64,000 nucleotides of DNA from Gammaproteobacteria bacterium (GTDB lineage: Bacteria; Pseudomonadota; Gammaproteobacteria; SZUA-140), in NCBI GenBank assembly GCA_016218365.1, contig JACREF010000005.1:130-64129 (forward strand). The letters are read 5' to 3'. Shown in pieces: positions 1 through 9,384 of this stretch (position 1 is its first letter; each line of letters starts with the position of its first letter). The translations under genes were made by a program, and so were the position numbers. Below the pieces are notes generated by a model. It was not told the DNA's origin. It did no database searches and worked only from the letters and a program-made list of their open reading frames with translations.

Positions 1-831
1 AGTGACCTTGCGGGGTTCGGTATCCAGCGTCTCGACACCGATCACCACGGCCTTCCCGGTCCGGTCAGCGTATTCGAGCTCATCGAGCGCATGCGAGATC
101 ATGCCATCGGACCCCTGGGCGAAGTTACGGTAGTCCATGATCGCGACGTAATCATAGATATCCTGGGCATGGTCACTGAGCCGCTGCCGCTTGCCGCGCC
201 ACGTTATATTGTCGATACCGTCAAACCAGAACGGCATCGCCGGCCCGACTGCCAGAGCGTCCCCGGACTGACGTTTCAGACGCATGAATTCCGCTGCAAG
301 ATCTAGGTACTGAATAGCGCGCAGCGTGCGCTTTGTGCTCCAGTCATCGAGCAGGTAGGGCTCAATATCGACATTGACTCCGTCAAAGCGCTCAAGCTCG
401 ACGCTGCCGGCGTTATAGCGCAGCACATTCTTGAACATCGCTGTTGCAGTCGCACGCCGCCACGGCAGGATATACTCCTGGGTATTGAGGTATATCGAAC
501 CGAGCAGCGCATAGACCTTGAACCCCCGGCCGTGCAGCGCGGCAATCAGTCGCCGGTACTTGCCGGGTTCGTCGCGGATGATGTTGCGCTTCCGGGAACG
601 GTCTGCATACAGATAAACAGTGGTGATATTCTGATGAGCGAGAAATGAAAATGTCTCGTCCCACTGATCCTCCCGGTCCAGTAACTGGAAGGTATCATCC
701 TCCCAGACCCAGAGCGCGCGGGCAGCGGGCGTGGCGGCCACCGCGGCACACAGATCCGCAATGCCAAACTGGGCAATACATAGCAACACCCCCCACCATC
801 GCATACTGGACCGTACGAGACCAAACAGCAT
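1..831 (-). CDS. Secreted TIM-barrel glycoside-hydrolase-like protein (3' end runs off the window)
   Basis: Not in the ORF track because there is no stop in the window. Manual translation from ATG 831: MLFGLVRSSMRWWGVLLCIAQ...RALWVWED...ITTVYLYA...RFDGVNVDIEPYLL...YDYVAIMDYR...VVIGVET. Has a hydrophobic N-terminus and a GH18-like DGxxxDxE motif. Starts 13 nt after the LtaS-like stop. Confidence 0.65.
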   Translation of the reverse strand, partial: MLFGLVRSSMRWWGVLLCIAQFGIADLCAAVAATPAARALWVWEDDTFQLLDREDQWDETFSFLAHQNITTVYLYADRSRKRNIIRDEPGKYRRLIAALHGRGFKVYALLGSIYLNTQEYILPWRRATATAMFKNVLRYNAGSVELERFDGVNVDIEPYLLDDWSTKRTLRAIQYLDLAAEFMRLKRQSGDALAVGPAMPFWFDGIDNITWRGKRQRLSDHAQDIYDYVAIMDYRNFAQGSDGMISHALDELEYADRTGKAVVIGVETLDTEPRKVT

Positions 832-844
832 GGAGCCGCCGGAA

Positions 845-2881
845 TCAGCGCTGCGAAAAATAGGCCGCATGCTCGTCGTCCGGCATCAGGGTTAAGTCAT
901 GCATAAACTTGCCATTACTCGCCTTGTAGCGGTCGAATTCCAGGCGCAGTTCCAGCCGTTTTCCATCGTCCTTGATCGGCTCCAGGTCCATGTTCTCACC
1001 GATCCTGAACAGTGTATCCTCGTTGAGAAAATACATCCCGGAGATATAATCAATCAGATTATTGATGGTGTGCTTCAGCGGATAGTGGTGGATATTGCGC
1101 AATGCAGGGCTCATATCCAGCCCCGAGCCGACCCAGGTGACCCGGTCCGGCGCCTTGATATGATAGTTTTTCTTCAGGAACGCCAGCAGCGATGGCGTGA
1201 TGTCCAGATGCGAGGAGATGGACTTGATCTGCGCCGTGCGCTTCAGCAACGGTGAATAGATGATCAGCGGCACGTGATAGCGATCAACCTTTGTCGCCAG
1301 CGGGATCTCCGGCAACCGGTGATCGCCGGTGATCACAAAGATGGTGTTGTTATAGGATGGCAGCCTCGCCTGCTCCTCGAAATAACGCCGCAGCGCGGCA
1401 TCGGTATAGAGGATGGTCGAATAAATCTTCTGATACTGGCGATATTTCTGTTTTTGATCCTCGGTGAAACCCAGCTGGCTCATGCGCTCCTCGAATAGCT
1501 GCAGATACTGCTGCTGACCGGTCACCGTATAAGGGGTATGCATGCTGATCGTCTGAATATAGTCCAGGTACGGTGTCCGCGCATCATCGCGTTCCGTCAC
1601 CAGCGCCTTGCGCAACACCTCGGCATCCGCGTAACCCCAGTAGGCGTCCGGCAGCCGCGGATAGCCGGGCCCATAATCGTCGGCGCCGATCATCAGATCG
1701 ATGTTCTGGTGTTGCAGAAAGCTGCGCTGGTTATCGAAGTCCAGACCATTACCGCAATAAAAGCGGGTCCGATAGCCGTTGCGCTTCAGGATACTCAGCA
1801 GCGTCAGATGTTTCGGCATCCGCGCCCCCAGGGCATTGAACCCCTCGTCACCAAACGGCAACGACCCCAGGATCGATGGCAACGACGCAAAGGTCCGTCC
1901 CTGGGAGGCCAGGAAGTTCTCCCAGTACAGACTGCTCCCGGCCAGTTCATCGAGAAAGGGCGTGAAGCTGCCGAGGTAGGCATCGGAACCACTGAAGGCC
2001 CGTCCCAGCCCCTCGACTGCGATGAACACGATGCTGGGTGGCGATGCCGGGTTGATTGTGAAATAACTGCCCAATACATCGGGGGTATCGTCGGCGCGCA
2101 GAAACGGGTACTGCGGGTCGAGGGGATCAACCCGAGCAGCCTGTGATGCCGTGTACGACACGGTTCCAGGCACAGCGGAGACGGCAGCGTGTTCACGCTT
2201 GATGAAATAGCGATAGGCGTCTGCAATAAAGAATGCCCCCTTGTTCAGGGCCAGACTGTTTGCAAACTCGTTCTTAAGCGCAGCCCGGGCGGACGGCGCA
2301 GAGATGCCTGAGACTGCCAGGACGATCCCGGAGATCAGGGCAACATACACCACCAGCGGTGTCAGCAGCACGCGCCTGTTGACATCCATCAGTACCATCC
2401 AAAAAACAGTAAATGGCACAACGAAGCTGAGCACAGACAGCATGGAGATCTGGTAACCGGCGCGCGCGGTAACCAGGATATCCGCCAGTGAATAGCCGAA
2501 CAGGTCGGCCCCCAGCGGCACCCGCGTCACGAAGAAGTAATTGACAAGGATCAGATAGCCGGCAAGGACCAGTGAGCCGACGATGCCATAACAGCGGAGA
2601 TCGGCACGCCTGCCACGGAAGACCTGGCGCAGCAGCAGAAACACCGGCAGCAGAAACACGAGCAGCTGCAGCAAGAACAGCAGGTCCGACCAGAACGCCC
2701 GGATGATCAGCGTCGCAAGATCGGCGGGAATCTCGCTCGTCATCGCAACCCCGGCCAGCTCCACACATCGTACCGCCAGGAAGGCAGGCAACAACGCCAA
2801 CGACAGGTTACCGAACTTCAGCAATCCTTCATGCAGCCATGCCAGGCGTGCCGCCGCCCCTGTCGGTATAAAGCTATCCAT
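845..2881 (-). CDS. LTA-synthase-family / sulfatase-fold membrane transferase
   Basis: About 5 N-terminal TM segments, then alkaline-phosphatase-superfamily motifs IVFIAVEGLG, GRTFASL (Thr nucleophile position), SMHTPY and ITGDH. Confidence 0.85.
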   Translation of the reverse strand: MDSFIPTGAAARLAWLHEGLLKFGNLSLALLPAFLAVRCVELAGVAMTSEIPADLATLIIRAFWSDLLFLLQLLVFLLPVFLLLRQVFRGRRADLRCYGIVGSLVLAGYLILVNYFFVTRVPLGADLFGYSLADILVTARAGYQISMLSVLSFVVPFTVFWMVLMDVNRRVLLTPLVVYVALISGIVLAVSGISAPSARAALKNEFANSLALNKGAFFIADAYRYFIKREHAAVSAVPGTVSYTASQAARVDPLDPQYPFLRADDTPDVLGSYFTINPASPPSIVFIAVEGLGRAFSGSDAYLGSFTPFLDELAGSSLYWENFLASQGRTFASLPSILGSLPFGDEGFNALGARMPKHLTLLSILKRNGYRTRFYCGNGLDFDNQRSFLQHQNIDLMIGADDYGPGYPRLPDAYWGYADAEVLRKALVTERDDARTPYLDYIQTISMHTPYTVTGQQQYLQLFEERMSQLGFTEDQKQKYRQYQKIYSTILYTDAALRRYFEEQARLPSYNNTIFVITGDHRLPEIPLATKVDRYHVPLIIYSPLLKRTAQIKSISSHLDITPSLLAFLKKNYHIKAPDRVTWVGSGLDMSPALRNIHHYPLKHTINNLIDYISGMYFLNEDTLFRIGENMDLEPIKDDGKRLELRLEFDRYKASNGKFMHDLTLMPDDEHAAYFSQR

Positions 2882-2917
2882 CGCCTACATCAATACCGGG
2901 GCTGTCATCAGGCTGTT

Positions 2918-3700
2918 TCACCAGCGGAACAGCAGGCTGAGCGACAGGCTGCGCTCTGCGAAGGCATTCTTCTCGTCGCTGCTACTGGCCGCAAGCTTGA
3001 CGCCCCACTGCCGGCCATAGTATTTGCGGAACGCGACGCCGATGCTCCGGCTCTTCGTGATATCGAGCACCTGACTTTGATGGCGATATTCCCGGCCGTG
3101 ACTGAAACCACCATTCAGCTCGAGATAATCGTCGCCGTTCCCCGCGTAATAATAACGGGCGATCGCGCGGTGTGACACACCTGGCTCGGCGTCCGATGGA
3201 ATGAAGAGCGTCTTCCAGCGATAATACCAGTCGCCACGGTAGGCGCCGAGCCCGAGTCCGTACATATCAACACGGCTGCTGGTAAAATCCATGTGATCAT
3301 AACTGGCGGCAAGCTCCCACCCCTGCCCGGCCCCCTGGAACAGCTCCACCCGGTAAGCGTCGTCAGGGAAAAACACACTATCAGCTGTATATTGATATCT
3401 GACATTGGCATAGGCCCGGGACCACACATCGAGGTAGCCATCGAGTGCGATGGCTTCGTCGGTCAAGGCGAAACGGCTGGCCTGCAGATACTCGGCAGCG
3501 AGCGAGCCACGTTCCCAATGACGGCGCGCCGACGCACCGTACTCACGCCATTGATCGCGGGCAGGCGAGAAATTGCTGACACCGTAATCGATACTCGCCG
3601 ACCAGCGGGGATCTTCCGGTGTGGCGGCCGCCTCCGCGCTCTGCTCCAGGACGGCCAGCAGCATGCAGACCCCCGCCACCCGCAGCGTTCTTGATTTCAC
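2918..3700 (-). CDS. YaiO-family outer-membrane beta-barrel protein
   Basis: Signal peptide, alternating amphipathic strands rich in Tyr/Trp, C-terminal aromatic (LFRW), YaiO-like RFALTD and FFPDDAYRVEL segments. Confidence 0.75.
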   Translation of the reverse strand: MKSRTLRVAGVCMLLAVLEQSAEAAATPEDPRWSASIDYGVSNFSPARDQWREYGASARRHWERGSLAAEYLQASRFALTDEAIALDGYLDVWSRAYANVRYQYTADSVFFPDDAYRVELFQGAGQGWELAASYDHMDFTSSRVDMYGLGLGAYRGDWYYRWKTLFIPSDAEPGVSHRAIARYYYAGNGDDYLELNGGFSHGREYRHQSQVLDITKSRSIGVAFRKYYGRQWGVKLAASSSDEKNAFAERSLSLSLLFRW

Positions 3701-3829
3701 TATGATTGCATCCCCGAATCAACCGCCCAAGGATAACGGATCACTGACCGCGAATTCAACTGCAGCCGGGGCTGTAACTGAGCTGCCTCAGCAACAGACA
3801 GCGGATGATCCAGGATGTGATCGAGGGCA

Positions 3830-4594
3830 TCATCCTTCGTCAGTCTGTGTCGCGCCGGTCAGCGGCACAAAAATCACCGATAACACTTGCTGCGTATCAT
3901 AATGATCACCTTCGCCACGGGTGATCCGCTGCAGCGACTGGCTGCAATACGGATGACCGACCGGGATCACCAGCCGCCCGCCCGGCTTCAGCTGCTGCAG
4001 CAGCGCCGGCGGCACGGCCTGGGCCGCGGCGGTGACGATGATGCTGTCATACGGTGCATGCTCCGGCAACCCCAACCCGCCATCGCGCTTCTGGACATGG
4101 ACATTGTGATAACCGAGCCTGGACAAGGTCTCGCCGGCCTGCATGGCCAATGAGTCGATGATCTCGATGCTGTAGACGGTCTTGACCAGATGGGACAGCA
4201 CGGCGGCCTGGTAACCGGAACCGGTACCGACCTCCAGCACGGTGTGCCCAGGCTGCGGATCGAGCAGCTGGGTCATCAATGCCACAATGAACGGCTGCGA
4301 TATGGTCTGACCGGCTCCGATGGAGAGTGCGCGATCATCATAGGCATAGTCACGCTGATGCTCCGGCACAAACTCTGCGCGCGGCACGGCGCGCATTGCT
4401 TGCAAAACTCGCGCCGCCAATACTGGACAGCCTGTCAAACTGCCGCACAACGCCGCCTCATGCACGATGGTATCGATCATCGTGTCCGTCGCTGACAACT
4501 TCTCTTTTCTCACCTGTTCCACTCTGCCATAATGGAAGCCTACAGTCCAATTGGGCACCTGTGCATCACTCACTGTGTTCCGCCGTTGATGCAA
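3830..4594 (-). CDS. pcm: Protein-L-isoaspartate O-methyltransferase (true start probably near 4480-4515)
   Basis: GQTISQP, VLEVGTGSGYQAA, APYDSIIVTAAA and QLKPGGRLVIPVG motifs. Confidence 0.92.
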   Translation of the reverse strand: MHQRRNTVSDAQVPNWTVGFHYGRVEQVRKEKLSATDTMIDTIVHEAALCGSLTGCPVLAARVLQAMRAVPRAEFVPEHQRDYAYDDRALSIGAGQTISQPFIVALMTQLLDPQPGHTVLEVGTGSGYQAAVLSHLVKTVYSIEIIDSLAMQAGETLSRLGYHNVHVQKRDGGLGLPEHAPYDSIIVTAAAQAVPPALLQQLKPGGRLVIPVGHPYCSQSLQRITRGEGDHYDTQQVLSVIFVPLTGATQTDEG

Positions 4595-4621
4595 TGCCGA
4601 TGCCCTGCGCAGGAGGTGCGT

Positions 4622-4918
4622 ATGGCAAGCGTATACCCGGAGATAGGCGTATGGTATCGCGACCTTGAGGGACGCCTGCTGTGCATCACCGCCGTCGATG
4701 ACGATGATCAGAGCATCGAGGTGCAGTATTTCGCCGGCGAGATCGAAGAGTTTGATCTCGAGGTCTGGCGACAGTCACTGATGATCGAGACGGCCCCGCC
4801 CAAGGACCTCAGCGGCTCCTTCGATGATCTGGAGGGAGACGAACGTGGCGATCCCGACAAGGTGTTCTGTCCCGAGGAATGGGGTGGGGCGTTGCGGATG
4901 CTGGAAAAGGCCTCTTGA
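4622..4918 (+). CDS. Small acidic conserved hypothetical protein (DUF6763-like)
   Basis: AGGAGG RBS at 4611 before ATG 4622. Sequence GVWYRD...IEVQYFAGEIEEFDLEVW. Confidence 0.7.
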   Translation: MASVYPEIGVWYRDLEGRLLCITAVDDDDQSIEVQYFAGEIEEFDLEVWRQSLMIETAPPKDLSGSFDDLEGDERGDPDKVFCPEEWGGALRMLEKAS

Positions 4919-4942
4919 TAGTGCGCCGCGATCCCCTATACG

Positions 4943-5179
4943 CCCTTCGATACGCGACTGTGTCGCTACTCAGGACAGGCCCTGATGTACCGATCGTGGT
5001 GAGTAGGCGCCCTTCGATACGCGGCTGGGGCCGCTACTCAGGACAGGCTCTAAATGCCGATCGTGGTGAGTAGGCGCCCTTCGATACGCGACTATGTCGC
5101 TACTCAGGACAGGCTCTTCGATATGCAGTCAGGGCTGCTACTCAGGGCAGGCTCAAGCGCCGTATCGAACCATGAACGG
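4943..5179. repeat. Cluster of REP-like units, family A (CCCTTCGATAC-hairpin-TACTCAGG)
   Basis: Four units with constant arms and a variable hairpin, ~67 bp periodicity, lying between convergent genes. Confidence 0.85.
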
Positions 5180-5186
5180 TACGGAA

Positions 5187-7616
5187 CTATGCAACCTCAT
5201 CGTCACCGTGGCCGCGTGGTGGCGCGGTATATTCATGCCGCAGGTCGGCCAGATATTGCAGGCGATCGGCCACCGCACGGTTGACCGATCCTTCCGGATA
5301 ATTTCCTGACTCATCGATGCTGCCGGCGCTGATGCCGGTCAGCATCTCCAGCGCCTCATCAACGGAGGAGATGGCATAGATGTGAAAGCGCCCGGCAGCC
5401 ACTGCAGCCACCACGTCGCTGCGCAGCATCAGGTTCAGCATATTGCTGCGCGGGATGATGACACCCTGCTGACCGGTAAGGCCACGGGTAATGCAGACAT
5501 CAAAATAGCCCTCGATCTTTTCATTGACACCACCGATCGGCTGTACCTCGCCGTGCTGGTTCATCGAACCGGTGATCGCCAGCGACTGCCGCACCGGGAT
5601 GCCGCATATCGCCGACAACAGCGCACAGCATTCGGCCAGTGATGCGCTGTCGCCCTCGACGATGCCATACGACTGCTCGAACACGATATTGCCGGTCAGC
5701 GACAACGGCCGCGCATAGGCATAACGTGAACCGATGAACGAGGCCAGGATCAGCACCCCCTTGGAGTGCAAGGCACCACCGAGCTCGACCTCACGCTCGA
5801 TATCGACGATCTCCCCTTCACCGAGCCGCGCCGTCGCCGTCACCCGCGCCGGCAGCGCGAAGCTGAACTCGTCCAGATCGACGACGAACAGGCCATTGAC
5901 GGTACCGGGCTGCATGCCATCGGTGCGGATCAGGATCTGGTCACGCTGGATGGCCTGATGCAGATTGCGGCGCATCCGGTCCTGGCGCTGGACCTGCATG
6001 TCGATGGCCTGCTGCACATCCGGCGCCTCGGCCTGGCTGGCCTTGCGCTCGCGCGCCCAGAAATCGGCCTCGCGCAACAGATCGGCCATACTCAGCCGAT
6101 GGGCCGTCAGCCGGTCGCGATCACCGGCCAGACGCATGCTGTGCTCAATGATCCGGGCCACGGCGCCGGCGCTAAACGGCAACAGCCCTTCACCCCGGAT
6201 CATCGCCGCCATCATCCGGGCATACAGCAGGGCATTGGCGCTGCTGAACTCCAGATGGTCCTCAAAATCGGCCGCCACCTTGAACAGCTCACGGAATTCC
6301 GGGTCATAACTCAATAGCAGGTAATACAACATCCGGTCACCGAGCAGCACCACCTTGATATCAAGCGGGATCGGCTCCGGCTCCAGTGACTGTGTCGCCA
6401 TCAGACCATAGATCTTGCCCAGCGATTCGATGGTCAGCGTCCGGGAACGCAAGGCCCGCTTCAACGCCTCCCAGGCATAGGGCATCGTCAGCACCTTGTG
6501 GGCATCCAGCACCAGGTAGCCGCCGTTGGCCTTATGCAAGGCACCGGCCTTGATCAGCAGGAAATCGGTGACCAGCGCGCCGAGCTGCGACAGGTATTCG
6601 ACGCTGCCCACCAGATTCTGGTGCAACGGGCTGTCTTCATAGCACACCGGCGCCCCATTCTGCTCATGGTGCGACACCAGCACGTTGACGCGGTAGCGGC
6701 GAAACGCCGCCTCGGCCGCGGCATCACCCTGCAACGACGGTGCGCCCTCATCCGGGATCAGGAATTCATTCAAATGGTCTATGACATCATCCTGCAGCGC
6801 GTTGAAATACACCTGCAGCTTGTCCTGGTCACGATAACGGTGGCGCAGCTCATCAATCAGATGCTTGACGGCAAACAGGCCGACATCATCATTGATGGTG
6901 CGGATGCCCTCGCGCATCTCGCGCTGCCATTGCGGGATCTGATGGATGACACTTTGCAGCTGCTCCTGCAGCGCCTTGATCTGCGCGGATATCTCGTCGC
7001 GGCGCTGCTCCGGCAGCGCCTCGAACTCATCGGGCTCGACGACCTTGCTGTCCTGCAACGGCGTGAAGGCGAAGCCCTCGGCCGTTTTCAGTAAAGCAAT
7101 GTCCTTGGTGGCGGCCTCATCGGCCAGGGCATGAAAGGCCTGCTCGCGCCGCTGCTTGTACCTTTCCTCTACCCCATGAATCCGCGCATGATATTCCTCG
7201 GTCTCGAAGGCCAGCGTGATGGCAGTGCGCAGATCCCCCACCAGCCGTTCCATGTCCTGACGGAGCCGGATAGCGGTGCCGGCAGGCAATGACAGCGCCA
7301 TCGGCTGATGCGGGGCGGAAAAGTTATACAGATAACACCAGTCGACGGGCTGCGGGTCCGCCGCTGCCTGCTGCTTGAGATAGCGCTCGACCAGCGTGTG
7401 TTTGCCAATGCCATTGGGGCCGAGCACAAACAGGTTGTAACCCTCGCGCCGGATACCGACGCCGAACCTCAGCGCATCAGTGGCGCGCTGCTGGCCGATG
7501 ATATCGGCGGCCGGCTCCAGTTCAAGGGTAGTGCGAAATGACAGCGTATCAGGATCACAGCGCCGGTACAGCTCCGCCGCAGACAACTCGGTGATTGACA
7601 CACTCGCCCCTCGCAT
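5187..7616 (-). CDS. Lon-family (LonB/LonC-type) AAA protease
   Basis: Walker-A-like GPNGIGKH, GALHKANGGYL, coiled-coil insert, Lon protease Ser-Lys dyad (GDSASLAE ... GGVNEKIEG). Confidence 0.9.
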   Translation of the reverse strand: MRGASVSITELSAAELYRRCDPDTLSFRTTLELEPAADIIGQQRATDALRFGVGIRREGYNLFVLGPNGIGKHTLVERYLKQQAAADPQPVDWCYLYNFSAPHQPMALSLPAGTAIRLRQDMERLVGDLRTAITLAFETEEYHARIHGVEERYKQRREQAFHALADEAATKDIALLKTAEGFAFTPLQDSKVVEPDEFEALPEQRRDEISAQIKALQEQLQSVIHQIPQWQREMREGIRTINDDVGLFAVKHLIDELRHRYRDQDKLQVYFNALQDDVIDHLNEFLIPDEGAPSLQGDAAAEAAFRRYRVNVLVSHHEQNGAPVCYEDSPLHQNLVGSVEYLSQLGALVTDFLLIKAGALHKANGGYLVLDAHKVLTMPYAWEALKRALRSRTLTIESLGKIYGLMATQSLEPEPIPLDIKVVLLGDRMLYYLLLSYDPEFRELFKVAADFEDHLEFSSANALLYARMMAAMIRGEGLLPFSAGAVARIIEHSMRLAGDRDRLTAHRLSMADLLREADFWARERKASQAEAPDVQQAIDMQVQRQDRMRRNLHQAIQRDQILIRTDGMQPGTVNGLFVVDLDEFSFALPARVTATARLGEGEIVDIEREVELGGALHSKGVLILASFIGSRYAYARPLSLTGNIVFEQSYGIVEGDSASLAECCALLSAICGIPVRQSLAITGSMNQHGEVQPIGGVNEKIEGYFDVCITRGLTGQQGVIIPRSNMLNLMLRSDVVAAVAAGRFHIYAISSVDEALEMLTGISAGSIDESGNYPEGSVNRAVADRLQYLADLRHEYTAPPRGHGDDEVA

Positions 7617-7801
7617 GAATGTATTGATACGGACAGCTCACGGCTGACGCCGCCGCCAACACACCGTAGCAAATTTGCACTGCAGCGACAAGCAATGCCA
7701 TGCGACGCCAGGCAGTTATTCCCTGATGGATAGTATGAAAAATAGAGTGGCGCGAACGCACCGCATCAGCTGACCGGGAGGATCCTGTACCGGGACGTGG
7801 C

Positions 7802-8389
7802 CTATCCGGCCAGGCGTTTCTCCAGCATCGCGATCTGCTTGTTGATCTCCTCGGAGATATTGATCAGCTCCTGGCGGGCGAACAGATTCTCGACCTGGAT
7901 CTGGATCAGCCGGGCCACACGCTCCAGCAGCTGCTTGTCCTGCTCATCAAAATGCAGACCGCGTTTCTTGTTCAACACCTCGACAGCCCCGGTGACCCGC
8001 TGGCGGCTGGCGCCAAAGATCGGGACGCAGATGGCCGTATAGGTGATGAAGCCGGTCTTGATTGCCACCGCATCGTGGGCACCAATCTGGTTATCGAGAT
8101 CGTTCTCGATGACCGCCTCCCCGCTGCTGATGACCCGCCCGACCAGTGAGGTGCGTACCGGGACCGTCAGCTCCTGGGCCTGCAGACCGGTGCCGGCATG
8201 CAGCCAGACATCGTTCTTGACCGGATCATGGATGAAGATGCCGCAACGCTCGGCATCCAGCAGCCTGGGAAGGATATCGACAAAAAAATCCAGCAGTTCG
8301 CGATTGACGGTCTTCTGCCAGGTCTTGTTGATCATCTGCTGACGGGCCTTCAGCTCGTCGATCCGTTTCAGTGCCTGTGCCTTATCCAT
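7802..8389 (-). CDS. Stand-alone GAF-domain protein
   Basis: LDAERCGIF, KTGFITYTAICVPI and GAVEVLNKK GAF signature, flanked by coiled helices. Confidence 0.85.
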   Translation of the reverse strand: MDKAQALKRIDELKARQQMINKTWQKTVNRELLDFFVDILPRLLDAERCGIFIHDPVKNDVWLHAGTGLQAQELTVPVRTSLVGRVISSGEAVIENDLDNQIGAHDAVAIKTGFITYTAICVPIFGASRQRVTGAVEVLNKKRGLHFDEQDKQLLERVARLIQIQVENLFARQELINISEEINKQIAMLEKRLAG

Positions 8390-8452
8390 GACGCCGTCCT
8401 CATATGGGCTTACCTCCGCTGTAGCGGCAGCCCACGGCCAGACTTCAGTGGT

Positions 8453-9301
8453 TCAGGCGGCCTGTTGCACCTGCAGGATATCAAGCATTTGATCAAGATA
8501 TAGACAGGACTTGTAGTAGGCATTATGCAGCTGCTGTTCGGACAGGCCGGCAACGAGCATCACCGCTTCGAGCTGTGCGGTAACGGCCGGCGGGTCGACC
8601 TCGCCACCGCCGATCGGGTCGGCGACCAGGTCGGCAATGTTCAGCAGCGCCGCACCCAGCGGAAAATTGACCGCCGCCGCAGGCTGATGGTGGCAGCTGA
8701 CGATCTCCTGCAGAAACGGTGGCAAACGCCAGCTCAGCATCAGCTCGCGGCCGACATCGGCGTGGCTGAACCCCAGCTCCCGGGTCTCGATGTCATGCAG
8801 CGGGGTCTTCATGTTGTCAGCGCGCTGACGCAGTTCAGCGCTGATCTCCGGCAATTTTTCCGCAATCACCAGCTCACCAAGATGCGACATCAATCCGGCG
8901 ACAAACATCGGCTCGGTGTATAACAGGTTGCACTCGACCGCCAGCTCCCGGTTCATCGCCGCACACGCCAGGCTGCGACGCCAGAAGGCCCGGCCATCGA
9001 TGCCGGCGAGTTTCAGCGTGGAGAATTTACTGACAATGGCCGCGGACAGGACCATGTCACGCAGGCCTTTGGTGCCGACCAGCGTCACCGCACGGGAGAT
9101 CGAATCGATGCGGCCACTCATGCCGTATAACGGGCTGTTGGCAAGCTTCAGTACCTTGGCCGACAGCTCCAGGTCCAGCGCCATGGCGTCGGCAATCTGC
9201 TTGGCGGAGGCGGTGCGTTCGACGAGCTCATTGATCTGCAGCACATTCTCCGGCAATGAAAAGCTGCCCCGTGCACCGCGTACCATATCCTGTGGTGTCA
9301 T
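8453..9301 (-). CDS. HDOD-domain protein
   Basis: SLP, LKLANSPLYG, FWRRSLACA, HADVGRELMLSWRLP, HHQP. Confidence 0.9.
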   Translation of the reverse strand: MTPQDMVRGARGSFSLPENVLQINELVERTASAKQIADAMALDLELSAKVLKLANSPLYGMSGRIDSISRAVTLVGTKGLRDMVLSAAIVSKFSTLKLAGIDGRAFWRRSLACAAMNRELAVECNLLYTEPMFVAGLMSHLGELVIAEKLPEISAELRQRADNMKTPLHDIETRELGFSHADVGRELMLSWRLPPFLQEIVSCHHQPAAAVNFPLGAALLNIADLVADPIGGGEVDPPAVTAQLEAVMLVAGLSEQQLHNAYYKSCLYLDQMLDILQVQQAA

Positions 9302-9384
9302 GATCGCTACTCTTATGAAGGTTGACGGGCAATGCCTTAACGATTTATTAAGGATTTGTTCAAATGAATTATGATGTTACTTTA

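Noticed and set aside
4943..5179. Family A clusters as CRISPR arrays
   Set aside because: Units occur in both orientations, vary internally, linkers are re-used rather than unique, spacing is irregular and there are no cas genes.
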